Below the pieces are notes generated by a model. It saw only the letters and a program-made list of their open reading frames with translations. It was not told where the DNA came from and did not search any database. A stretch of 63,041 bases of DNA, counting the filler. It is 15 parts of 15 records of this genome, joined end to end, with 100 filler letters (N's around TTAATTAATTAA, not from the genome) between each part and the next. Parts side by side here need not be neighbours in the genome. Positions count along the whole stretch, not along the records: positions 22,316 to 25,568 come from SRR11831586_2063; positions 25,669 to 30,792 come from SRR11831586_2074; positions 30,893 to 36,124 come from SRR11831586_2078; 12 more parts are not named here. One strand, written 5' to 3'. Positions 22,386 through 34,300 of this stretch are shown piece by piece. The position numbers and the translations under genes are program-made. How positions within the stretch are numbered: the stretch's first letter is position 1; the number at the start of each line of letters is the position of its first letter.

Positions 22386-25300
22386 ATGGTGCGCTTCCTG
22401 CTGAATGCGAAAGTCAACCCCAACCTCCCGGACGCCACAGGCCGCACCGCAGCGCATTGTGTGTGTCTTCTTCGTGCACGTGACATTCTTGCTATACTGC
22501 TGGAATACGGGTGCGGAGTGGACGTTGCGGACCCGAACGGCGACTCTGCTCTGCATATTGCGGCGCGCTTCCCTCAGGTTCGAGTCGTGTGTATACCGCC
22601 ACCGATTGCTCATATTTCTTGCGTATGTAGAGCGAGGTCCTGGAGCTGCTGATGAAATACAAAGGCAACGTAAACCTGGCGAACAACAGCGGACGCACTC
22701 CGCTGCACACCGCTGTACAAGGGAACAGTCTCATAGCCAGCGACATTCTGCTCAAGTACGGTGCTGACGTCTCTATCAAGGACGTACACGGGGCCACCGC
22801 CCTTCACATTGCAGCCTTTGTCGGGGATGTCGACCTGGTCAAGGTACGGTCTAGTGTTCGACAGCGCCCACGGCAATTCTATATTTTGCTGTGAGTTGAT
22901 TGTCCCTGACCCGAACTACACAGCTGTTGCTTTCGTACGATGCCCCGCTGCTTGAGAAGGACAAGACCGGATCAACGCCGTTGCATGTGGCTGTACGGCG
23001 GGATGCGATTGACATGGTCGCAGCCATGTTACTAGTATTCAGCTCGCGGGATCACCAAAGAGAGGTCAACAACGTAACAGATGGGGCCGGTATGTGATCA
23101 AACGCATCTGAACGCATGTGATTACGGCATACTCACAATTCATCCGCGTGCAGGGGATACTGCTTTGCACATCGCTGTGCGCAAATGCAACTTTGAGCTC
23201 ACGCGGCTACTGGTGCGCAACGGAGCAGATGTTGAAGGTACAATATCTGCAAAGAATACCCTCTAGCTTTATTCACGTATCTGTAACCGTGGTTCCTCAT
23301 GCAGCGAGGAATGTACGAGAGGGAACGTCGGCCCTGCACATGGCTGCGAGGATGAAGAACATGGAGATGTGCAGGTTATTGCTGGAGGAATGCAACGCCG
23401 ACCCGACCGCCATGTACGCCCTCGCTGTCTTGCTTTGCGCGTGAATGGGTGTGATGATATGAACCGCACACATGAATAATGGGTTGTGTGTTAATGTTAC
23501 GTTGCTGATACTGTGTTTCTCCCGGACAGTGATCGCCTCAATCGCGTGCCTGCGGATTGGTTTCCATCGATCGAAAAGTGGTTGCAAGACCAAGCATCAG
23601 CGTCAGATGCTGTGCGCGCAGAGCAAGAGAGACAAGCAGAAACTCTTCGTATTAAGTACGCACAATGGTGTATGATTTGATCTCACTAACCATGTCACCG
23701 GTAGTGAATCTCTCATCGCTGCGGTCAAAGCTGAAAGCGAATGGGATGCGAGCAATGCGCTTATTAAAGGTGCGGATGTAAACCACAAAGACACAGAAGG
23801 CCGGACAGCGCTGTTTTGGCTCGCAGACCGCTCTGCTTCCTCCGCACACAATGTGACCGTACAGGTACGTGCTTGTGCCTGACAACTCATGCACACACTA
23901 CTGACGGAACAACGTGCAGATGGCCCAGATTCTCATTGAACACGGCGCTAGGCATGACGTAACCGACATTTACGGGCGTACACCATTAGTGGCTGCCCTG
24001 CTTGCAAAGCCGCCTAACCAGGCTCTGCTGCAGCTTTTGATTGAGAAGGGAACGGGGAACATCAATCGCCATGGTATAACCCCAACTGGCGCGAGAATGT
24101 GTTGCATACTTTCTGTTTCCGTGTGCGTGTCTGTGTTTCTCTCCTTGTATGGGTGTGTAGGGGTTGACGCATTTGTTCTGTAGATGACAGTGGTCGCAGT
24201 CCATTCTTTATCGCGACCGAATACCACCAGTGTGCAGCTATGAGCGCTCTCCTTGCTAAGGGCGCTAACATCACGGTGCTCGACAACAAGGGCAGGGACC
24301 CGTTCTTTGTCGCTGCGGCGCTAGGGCATGAAGACTCACTGCGTATCCTGCTGGCAGCTGGAGCGGATGTGGGGAAAGTGGACTCCGACGTACGTCTCTC
24401 GCACAACAGTCTCGCGAAGGCAACTGACGCTTTTTGTTTGCAGAAACGAACCGCCCTGCATATCAGTGTGCTTCACAATTATGTCAGCCTCATCACCATG
24501 TTGCTCACCCTGGATGTACCCCGTAACCCGCAAGACCGCGACGGTATGACTCCCCTAGCGCTTGCGATTCAGGCCGGCCACGAGGACGCAACACAGATGT
24601 TGATTCAAAACGGTGCCGGTACGTCCCACGGTCCCTGTCGCTACGCTGCCCTGTATTCTCAATATTGTGTAGACGTGAACATTGCCAACAACAAAGGACA
24701 AACTCCGCTTCACCTGGCGTTTCTTCACCATCGCAGCACAACCGTGCGGCAGCTGGTTGAAGCGGGAGCAGAAGTATGCGTCAGAGACAGTCAAGGTATG
24801 TTAACAGCACAACGGATTAACGCGAGAATTGCCCATAAACGCTGCTACTTTTCAGGGAATACGCCGCTGCATGTTGGCTGCGAGGCGTGCGAGCTGAGTG
24901 GCATCCAGTATTTATTACGGCCGCTGATCGAGACCAGACAGATCATGTCACCGCTCAGTCCACGAGGTAACGTGTTTCTCTATGTGTGAATCACAGTCAA
25001 TGACGCATTAGTGATTGATAGAGCGGACGACGGGAAGAGTGCTTAATGTATCCCTGGCTGAGTCGTCCGCTGTGAAACGGGCCGTGCGTGAGTGCCTTTC
25101 TATCAGAACAATGGCTGGCGAAACCCCGCTAGTGATTGCTGTGCGCAGCGAGTTTGCCGCGGTGGTGCAACTTCTGCTGCAAGCCGGTATGTTTACCGAT
25201 ACGTGGGTCCGTCCACTTAGCTTTGAAAGCGTTAATCTTACTGTCACGTACATTGGTTGCCTTCGTCGTCTGGTTGTGATTAATGTGAGCTTCGTCTTAC

Positions 25301-25568
25301 CATATACTTTGTTGCAGGAGCTGATGTTACAGCGGCCGTCGGCCCGGGCGGCCAGTCCGTGTTCGAAATCGCCAAAATCACAGAGAATCCTACCATTATA
25401 CAGGTATCATAGTCGTGCTGTTGTGTTGATATCACTCACCTCGTTCGCGTTTCTGCAGTTGGTTGGATCGTTTCGGCCGCAGTGGATGGGCCCATTAGAT
25501 GAGCCCGCGACGCCGGGGACGGAGGCCGTGCTCGTGTCTGCGCCCAGCTCCCCGCACCTGCAGTTCCT
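22386..25568 (+). CDS. Multi-exon ankyrin-repeat protein (internal fragment, at least 16 repeats, about 14 introns)
   Basis: Repeated G-x-T-P/A-L-H motifs (GRTPLHTAV, GATALHIAA, GSTPLHVAV, GDTALHIAV, GQTPLHLAF, GNTPLHVGC and others) split by short GT-AG introns. Confidence 0.92.
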
Positions 25569-25668
25569 NNNNNNNNNNNNNNNNNNNNNNNNNNNNNNNN
25601 NNNNNNNNNNNNTTAATTAATTAANNNNNNNNNNNNNNNNNNNNNNNNNNNNNNNNNNNNNNNNNNNN

Positions 25669-27592
25669 CGCGTTTTTAGGCGTACCAATTATTCAACGTC
25701 GCCAGTTGCTTGGTGTACTGGTGGTACAGCAACGAGAGTTGCGCCAGTATGACGAAAGTGAAGAATCCTTCCTGGTGACGCTTGCCACCCAGATGGCAGC
25801 TATTCTTTCTCAGTCGCAGTTGACTGCCTTGTTTGGGCAATATCGCCAGACGCGAATCCGCGCATTACCGGCAGCACCTGGTGTGGCGATTGCCGAAGGC
25901 TGGCAGGATGCCACGTTACCTTTAATGGAACAGGTGTATCAGGCATCAACGCTGGATCCGGCTCTGGAACGCGAACGACTGACCGGGGCGCTGGAAGAAG
26001 CGGCAAACGAGTTTCGCCGCTACAGCAAACGCTTTGCCGCCGGTGCACAAAAAGAAACGGCGGCTATTTTCGATCTTTACTCGCACCTGCTTTCGGACAC
26101 CCGGCTGCGTCGCGAATTGTTTGCCGAGGTTGATAAAGGCTCGGTGGCAGAGTGGGCGGTAAAAACGGTCATTGAAAAATTTGCCGAACAGTTTGCCGCG
26201 CTAAGTGATAACTATCTCAAAGAGCGGGCTGGCGATTTACGTGCGCTGGGTCAGCGATTGCTGTTTCATCTTGATGACGCTAATCAAGGGCCGAACGCCT
26301 GGCCGGAACGTTTCATTCTGGTGGCAGATGAACTGTCAGCGACAACGCTTGCTGAGCTGCCCCAGGATCGCTTAGTCGGTGTTGTCGTGCGAGATGGCGC
26401 AGCCAACTCCCATGCTGCGATCATGGTACGTGCGCTGGGGATCCCTACCGTGATGGGCGCGGATATTCAGCCTTCGGTGCTGCATCGTAGGACGCTGATC
26501 GTTGATGGCTATCGCGGTGAATTGCTGGTCGATCCGGAGCCGGTACTGCTGCAAGAATATCAGCGGCTAATTAGTGAAGAGATTGAGCTTAGCCGTCTGG
26601 CGGAAGATGACGTCAATTTACCCGCGCAGTTAAAAAGCGGTGAGCGTATAAAAGTCATGCTCAATGCTGGTTTAAGCCCGGAACATGAAGAAAAACTGGG
26701 CAGCCGTATTGATGGCATCGGTCTTTATCGCACTGAAATCCCATTCATGCTGCAAAGTGGTTTCCCGTCGGAAGAAGAACAGGTGGCGCAGTATCAGGGG
26801 ATGCTGCAAATGTTCAATGATAAACCCGTCACCTTGCGTACGCTGGATGTCGGAGCAGATAAGCAGCTGCCTTACATGCCGATCAGCGAAGAGAATCCAT
26901 GCCTGGGTTGGCGTGGGATTCGCATTACGCTCGATCAGCCGGAGATCTTCTTGATCCAGGTGCGGGCGATGCTGCGTGCTAATGCCGCTACGGGCAACCT
27001 GAATATTCTGTTGCCGATGGTCACAAGCCTCGATGAAGTTGATGAAGCACGCCGCCTGATTGAACGTGCCGGACGTGAAGTCGAGGAGATGATCGGTTAC
27101 GAAATTCCCAAACCACGTATCGGCATCATGCTGGAAGTGCCGTCAATGGTATTTATGCTGCCGCATCTGGCAAAGCGGGTCGATTTCATCTCTGTTGGCA
27201 CCAACGATCTGACTCAATACATTCTGGCCGTTGATCGCAACAATACCCGGGTGGCGAACATTTATGACAGTCTTCATCCTGCAATGTTACGAGCTCTGGC
27301 GATGATCGCCCGGGAAGCGGAAATACATGGAATCGATCTCCGTTTGTGCGGTGAAATGGCGGGCGATCCCATGTGCGTGGCAATCCTCATTGGGCTTGGG
27401 TATCGCCATCTGTCTATGAACGGACGTTCTGTAGCGCGGGCAAAATACCTGCTGCGGCGCATTGATTATGCCGAAGCAGAAAATCTTGCGCAGCGTAGTC
27501 TGGAAGCGCAACTGGCGACCGAAGTTCGCCATCAGGTTGCAGCCTTTATGGAGCGTCGCGGCATGGGCGGGCTGATTCGCGGAGGGTTATAG
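25669..27592 (+). CDS. ptsP: PTS enzyme I-Ntr, 3' part
   Basis: End of GAF domain, GAANSHAAI phospho-His motif, GLYRTE, RTLDVGADK, SVGTNDL, LCGEMAGD. Confidence 0.96.
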
Positions 27593-27742
27593 CGCGGATC
27601 ATATACATATCTTTTAACGGTATCCGGCAACCAGCCAGGTCCCCTTGTGCTATTATTCGCACCTTTGGAGCGCCTGAAACCTGCGGCGCGCATTTCAATC
27701 GCTGTTCTCTTTCAGCGAAATAACAAGAACTTGTGGTGACAG

Positions 27743-28618
27743 ATGACCAGTAGCTATCTGCATTTTCCGGAGTTTGATCCGGTCATTTTCTCAATAGGAC
27801 CCGTGGCGCTTCACTGGTACGGCCTGATGTATCTGGTGGGTTTCATTTTTGCAATGTGGCTGGCAACACGACGGGCGAATCGTCCGGGCAGCGGCTGGAC
27901 CAAAAATGAAGTTGAAAACTTACTCTATGCGGGCTTCCTCGGCGTCTTCCTCGGGGGACGTATTGGTTATGTTCTGTTCTACAATTTCCCGCAGTTTATG
28001 GCCGATCCGCTGTATCTGTTCCGTGTCTGGGACGGCGGCATGTCTTTCCACGGCGGCCTGATTGGCGTTATCGTGGTGATGATTATCTTCGCCCGCCGTA
28101 CTAAACGTTCCTTCTTCCAGGTCTCTGATTTTATCGCACCACTCATTCCGTTTGGTCTTGGTGCCGGGCGTCTGGGCAACTTTATTAACGGTGAATTGTG
28201 GGGCCGCGTTGACCCGAACTTCCCGTTTGCCATGCTGTTCCCTGGCTCCCGTACAGAAGATATTTTGCTGCTGCAAACCAACCCGCAGTGGCAATCCATT
28301 TTCGACACTTACGGTGTGCTGCCGCGCCACCCATCACAGCTTTACGAGCTGCTGCTGGAAGGTGTGGTGCTGTTTATTATCCTCAACCTGTATATTCGTA
28401 AACCACGCCCAATGGGAGCTGTCTCAGGTTTGTTCCTGATTGGTTACGGCGCGTTTCGCATCATTGTTGAGTTTTTCCGCCAGCCCGACGCGCAGTTTAC
28501 CGGTGCCTGGGTGCAGTACATCAGCATGGGGCAAATTCTTTCCATCCCGATGATTGTCGCGGGTGTGATCATGATGGTCTGGGCATATCGTCGCAGCCCA
28601 CAGCAACACGTTTCCTGA
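27743..28618 (+). CDS. lgt: Prolipoprotein diacylglyceryl transferase
   Basis: 291 aa; [35 protein letters not shown]. Confidence 0.98.
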
Positions 28619-28624
28619 GGAACC

Positions 28625-29419
28625 ATGAAACAGTATTTAGAACTGATGCAAAAAGTGCTCGACGAAGGCACACAGAAAAACGACCGTACCGGAACCGGAA
28701 CGCTTTCCATTTTTGGTCATCAGATGCGTTTTAACCTGCAAGATGGATTCCCGCTGGTGACAACTAAACGTTGCCACCTGCGTTCCATCATCCATGAACT
28801 GCTGTGGTTTCTGCAGGGCGACACTAACATTGCTTATCTACACGAAAACAATGTCACCATCTGGGACGAATGGGCCGATGAAAACGGCGACCTCGGGCCA
28901 GTGTATGGTAAACAGTGGCGCGCCTGGCCAACGCCAGATGGTCGTCATATTGACCAGATCACTACGGTACTGAACCAGCTGAAAAACGACCCGGATTCGC
29001 GCCGCATTATTGTTTCAGCGTGGAACGTAGGCGAACTGGATAAAATGGCGCTGGCACCGTGCCATGCATTCTTCCAGTTCTATGTGGCAGACGGCAAACT
29101 CTCTTGCCAGCTTTATCAGCGCTCCTGTGACGTCTTCCTCGGCCTGCCGTTCAACATTGCCAGCTACGCGTTATTGGTGCATATGATGGCGCAGCAGTGC
29201 GATCTGGAAGTGGGTGATTTTGTCTGGACCGGTGGCGACACGCATCTGTACAGCAACCATATGGATCAAACTCATCTGCAATTAAGCCGCGAACCGCGTC
29301 CGCTGCCGAAGTTGATTATCAAACGTAAACCCGAATCCATCTTCGACTACCGTTTCGAAGACTTTGAGATTGAAGGCTACGATCCGCATCCGGGCATTAA
29401 AGCGCCGGTGGCTATCTAA
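28625..29419 (+). CDS. thyA: Thymidylate synthase
   Basis: 264 aa; [28 protein letters not shown]. Confidence 0.99.
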
Positions 29420-29440
29420 TTACGAAACATCCTGCCAGAG

Positions 29441-29467
29441 CCGACGCCAGTGTGCGTCGGTTTTTTT
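29441..29467 (+). terminator. Rho-independent terminator after thyA
   Basis: CCGACGC-cagtgt-GCGTCGG followed by T7. Confidence 0.85.
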
Positions 29468-29602
29468 ACCCTCCGTTAAATTCTTCGAGACGCCTTCCCG
29501 AAATTTTGCAACGTCCTGCAACGGCGTAAATAGTCCGGAAGATGCGCCGAAGAAATAGAAACTGGCCCTCGTCTTTTTTTCTCCTCGCTCCATACTGCCG
29601 GC

Positions 29603-30073
29603 ATGAAAACACAACGTGGTTATACGCTGATTGAAACGCTGGTCGCGATGCTGATTTTGGTCATGCTAAGCGCAAGTGGACTCTATGGCTGGCAATACTG
29701 GCAGCAGTCGCAACGGCTATGGCAAACCGCCAGCCAGGCGCGGGACTATTTGCTCTATTTACGTGAAGATGCCAACTGGCATAACCGCGACCACAGTATC
29801 AGCGTTATCAGGGAGGGGACGTTATGGTGCCTTGTGAGTTCCGCTGCTGGGGCCAATACCTGTCATGGCAGTTCACCATTGGTCTTTGTGCCACGCTGGC
29901 CCGAAGTCGAAATGAGCGACCTGACACCTTCGCTTGCTTTCTTTGGCCTGCGCAATACCGCATGGGCCGGGCATATTCGCTTCAAAAACTCAACGGGCGA
30001 GTGGTGGCTGGTGGTTTCGCCGTGGGGAAGACTCCGGCTTTGTCAGCAAGGAGAAACAGAAGGATGCCTGTAA
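29603..30073 (+). CDS. ppdA: Prepilin peptidase-dependent protein A
   Basis: Type IV prepilin N-terminus [10 protein letters not shown]. Confidence 0.93.
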
Positions 30074-30627
30074 AAGAGCAAGGTTTTTCTCTGCTGGAAG
30101 TGTTGATTGCTATGGCGATCAGTAGCGTATTGTTGCTGGGGGCGGCACGCTTTCTGCCTGCGTTACAGCGTGAAAGTTTAACGAGCACCCGTAAGCTGGC
30201 GCTGGAAGATGAAATCTGGCTGCGGGTATTTACCGTCGCGAAGCATCTCCAGAGGGCGGGTTATTGTCATGGCATCTGTACCGGCGAAGGGCTGGAAATT
30301 GTCGGACAGGGTGACTGTGTCATTGTGCAGTGGGATGCGAACAGTAACGGTATCTGGGATCGCGAACCGGTAAAAGAGTCCGACCAGATTGGATTTCGTC
30401 TGAAGGAGCATGTGCTGGAAACGCTACGCGGTGCGACATCCTGTGAAGGTAAGGGCTGGGATAAAGTCACTAATCCGGATGCCATCATTATCGACACTTT
30501 TCAGGTCGTACGTCAGGATGTCAGCGGCTTCTCGCCGGTGTTGACGGTTAATATGCGTGCTGCCAGTAAGTCTGAACCGCAAACCGTGGTGAATGCCAGC
30601 TATAGCGTGACAGGATTCAACCTGTGA
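30064..30627 (+). CDS. ppdB: Prepilin peptidase-dependent protein B
   Basis: 187 aa from [15 protein letters not shown]. Confidence 0.93.
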
Positions 30628-30792
30628 ACCGCGAAAAGGGTGTTTCGTCACTGGCTCTGGTCCTGATGCTGCTGGTTTTGGGTAGTTTGCTATTACAAGG
30701 AATGAGCCAACAGGATCGCAGTTTTGCCTCTCGCGTGAGCATGGAAAGTCAGTCATTGCGCCGCCAGGCCATCGTTCAGTCGGCGCTGGCGT
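30624..30792 (+). CDS. ygdB: Pilin-like protein YgdB, 5' part
   Basis: GTG start, [14 protein letters not shown]; follows ppdB; truncated by linker. Confidence 0.85.
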
Positions 30793-30893
30793 NNNNNNNN
30801 NNNNNNNNNNNNNNNNNNNNNNNNNNNNNNNNNNNNTTAATTAATTAANNNNNNNNNNNNNNNNNNNNNNNNNNNNNNNNNNNNNNNNNNNNC

Positions 30894-31388
30894 CTGTGTA
30901 CGACAGAAATGGAAACGGAGTCCGACACAGCAACACCTGGGACAAGCGGATTAGCATCTGGCCATCAACCCTGGTTTCGGAATCAGCCCGGGCGCCGGAG
31001 GAAAAACACAAGCGACGCGCAGTTGGCATGGTTACACAACCCGCCCCGTCGCCGCAGGACAAACGCGACTGACACGGCCGTGCCGTGCCCCAGCTCCTCT
31101 GCAGCATCGGCTCCGTTGCCCAGCTCCACGCTGTTTCTCGAAGGAGGCGAGGAGTTTGAAACTGCGGAGCTCGCCGATATCTGTGCGTTCAGAAAGGACA
31201 TGGACAGTGCCGTGCTGATCACCTGCTCCTGTTGTGGGGAGAAGTGCTGGTCCGGTGAGATGCATCCTGAAGGGTTCGCAGAATCGCATGACATCTGGAA
31301 CGTTCTGCGCACCGTCCCTGCATCCACGCCTCAGTTTCGCGCTGCTGATACGCCACTCGGTTCATGTTGCTATCGAGCCTGCACTCGC
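30894..31388 (+). CDS. Probable N-terminal part of the RepHel protein (frameshifted; open at contig edge)
   Basis: Contains CSCC (CxxC) and ends A-C-T-R just before the downstream frame's C-Y-K-D-L. Confidence 0.6.
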
Positions 31389-34300
31389 GCTGCTACAAAG
31401 ACTTACTGGCGAAAAAACTCCCCATGTTTAGTAAGCTGAATGGTTTCGATGTGGGGGAAGTGCCAACGGAGCTCTCACGTCTGACCCAGATCGAGCTGCG
31501 TCTTATCTCGCTATTTATTCCATTGGTTAATATCTATAAACCGAACGATAATGTAACTCTCCCCTCGGGCAAAGGTGCTTGTGTCACGGTGCGACAGGAT
31601 GTGCAGGCCGTCGTAACAAAACTACCACGCAGACTTGAAGACGCAGGCCTCTTCTTTGCTCGCATACCCAGAGCGGGCCAGACTCCACCGCTGGTGTTCC
31701 CCGTCAACCCGTGTCACCTTCGCGCGGCACTCATATGGCTCAAACGCAACAATCCACTCTACAGAGAGATTGTAATAGATGAGCAGCTACTCGAAGAAAT
31801 GCAACGAACAGACAGACCAACATCACTCCCCGAGATAACTCTGCCCGAGCCTGTAACCGTCAACGAAACAGCAAATACACCGACGACGACCACAAGCACG
31901 GCAGGTGGCGAGCCACACGACGAACGCTCCGCGCGAGGTGACGAATCAGACAGCGACTATGACACGGAGGAAGAAGAGCAAGTACCTCTGCAAGACACAG
32001 AAGAGCAACAAACATTGTCTGACGAATGGGCGCACACCTTCGTATGCACGTCGGCCTCGCCTGACGACGAGATCTCCAATGCAATCAACCGTCTACGTGT
32101 GCGTAGAACCCAGTTCGTGGACTTTCCCGTTGGAACATCCTCTCAAACTGTCTACGCATACCAGGACAGTCAAATCGACGTAAAAGCGTTCGTCGGCCTG
32201 TTTCCATACGGTCGCGGGGGTGTAACAGACAGCGCAAGAAAAGTCACAGTAAATGCAAGTCAATACTACACGCACCTACTTAAGCTATCAGAGCGACGCT
32301 TCGCACAGTGTCCCACGTTCATTTTCTGGGCGCTCAGCACGGAGCAAGTACAGAAAGTTATGGGCGTCGCTGTAGTTGCGTCTGAGCGGCACCACCTAGA
32401 GAATATGACAGTCGAACAGATGCAACACTACGCAGCTCACACCACCAACAATGGGGCCCTGCAGTACGACTGGGAGAAATTCGCCTCGTGGCTTCAGAAA
32501 AAGCTGAAACCCTACTGTCAGCAAGTACCAATCAGTCCACTCTTCTGGCGTCAGAAGGCGGATGACCTACAGCGAATGATAGATTCTGGGCCACTGCTAC
32601 CTGTGAAAGTGCCAACTTGGTTTGTCACCCTGTCTGTGGCGGACACGCACTGGATGGACATCGCACGGCTGTGTAGACCGGAGTTGGACAATGCGGCGCT
32701 TTCACAGCTGACAGGAACGGATCGATACCATCTTGTGCGGGACAACCCAGACATTGTTGCACGATTTATTCACAAACGGTTCCAATCCTTCATGCACAAC
32801 ATACTTAACGGACAATCAAAGCCGCTGGGAACTATAACAGACTACTGGTGGAGATGGGAATGCCAAGGAAGGGGACAGCTGCACGTGCACATGCTGTTGT
32901 GGTCCGACCCTTGCTATCCGACCGGCACACACGCGGACGAATCCACCGCCGGTGCACTGAACCAGACCGCACACATGGAGACCATATGCACAGCCGTCGT
33001 GCACACCAGTGGCCCTGGCAACACCGGTGTCATCCAGCCTGTTGCGCGCGGATCCATCCATCCATGCAAGAAACTTACACCTGAGGTTCTTCTCAGTGAC
33101 CCCGCTGCACAATCTGATCTGGACGAACTGATCTCATTCGTCCAGATCCACAGACATTCGCAAGGTTGCTTCAAAAAATGCAGCCACAACGCACCTAAGG
33201 TGTGCCGGTTCGAGCTGCCCCGCCAGCCCCGCCAGCGCACCTACGTCGGATTCTCCATGAGGAAAGGAGTCCGCCGGTTCCGCGTGCGCACACCGCGTCA
33301 AAACTCGTGGGTGGTCGCCTACAATCGCACTATCCTTCGGGCATGGCGTGCGAACTGCAACATCGACTTCTGCGGCGACGCGCGCGGCGCAGCGGTGTAT
33401 ACCGCTTACTATGCCTCCAAGCACGATAAAACCCCCTCATTCCGTGACCAGCTGCATCGCGCCCTAGCCACCATCCAGCCGGAGGACACAACCGTTCGTT
33501 CGTGTCTCCAACAAGTAGCTCGAATCAGTGTCCGCAGCCAAGAAGTGCCCCTCGAGCTAGCCGTATGGTTGCTACTCCGACTGCCGATCTTCGAGTCCTC
33601 GCGCGAGGTTGTTCCCCTTTCCCTACTCCATGAGAGTGAACGGGACGCCCCCATTCAGCGCAACGCATCTGATGGGTCCACAAGCACTACCGTATCAAAG
33701 CACCAGCGCAGAGAACACCTGTATCTGCAGAGACCAGCAGCACTCAGTGATGTGTCGTTCTACGAGTTTGTGGCATACTACGAAGTCGACAACCCTCTAA
33801 AAACAGAACCGAAATCTCAACCTATCGCTCGCGCTCACTGCAGCCTCTTGCCCGACATCCCTGCCTGGTTAGCAATTGGAGGTAGTTTTCTGCGCCGAAG
33901 ACACGTTCCCGCGGTGCCCGCCCCCTTCCCCGCAATTCGCAACACCAACCCGGACGACGAGACCTACTGTGACGCGCTTTTGAAGCTGTACGTTCCGCAC
34001 CGGTCTGTAGACGAATTGAAAGTGCAATCGCAGAGCAGCTGTGCAACGTACGCTCATATCTACCCAACGCTGCCACCGCGGATTCAAACCCTGATTCAGC
34101 ACCTAGAGGTCACCGTTGCGGCGCGCAGCACCGGCACAGAGCGCACACAGGCAGAACGAGAACTGGTTCCAGACAACGAGGACGCCCTATCCGATAACGA
34201 CGACTTAGCCGACCCCAGTGGCGACATGGACCGCGCTGATTTGCAACGCGCTCGCCCTGCAATGACTGCGGACGAATGGGCCGACAGCCAGATGGAAGAT

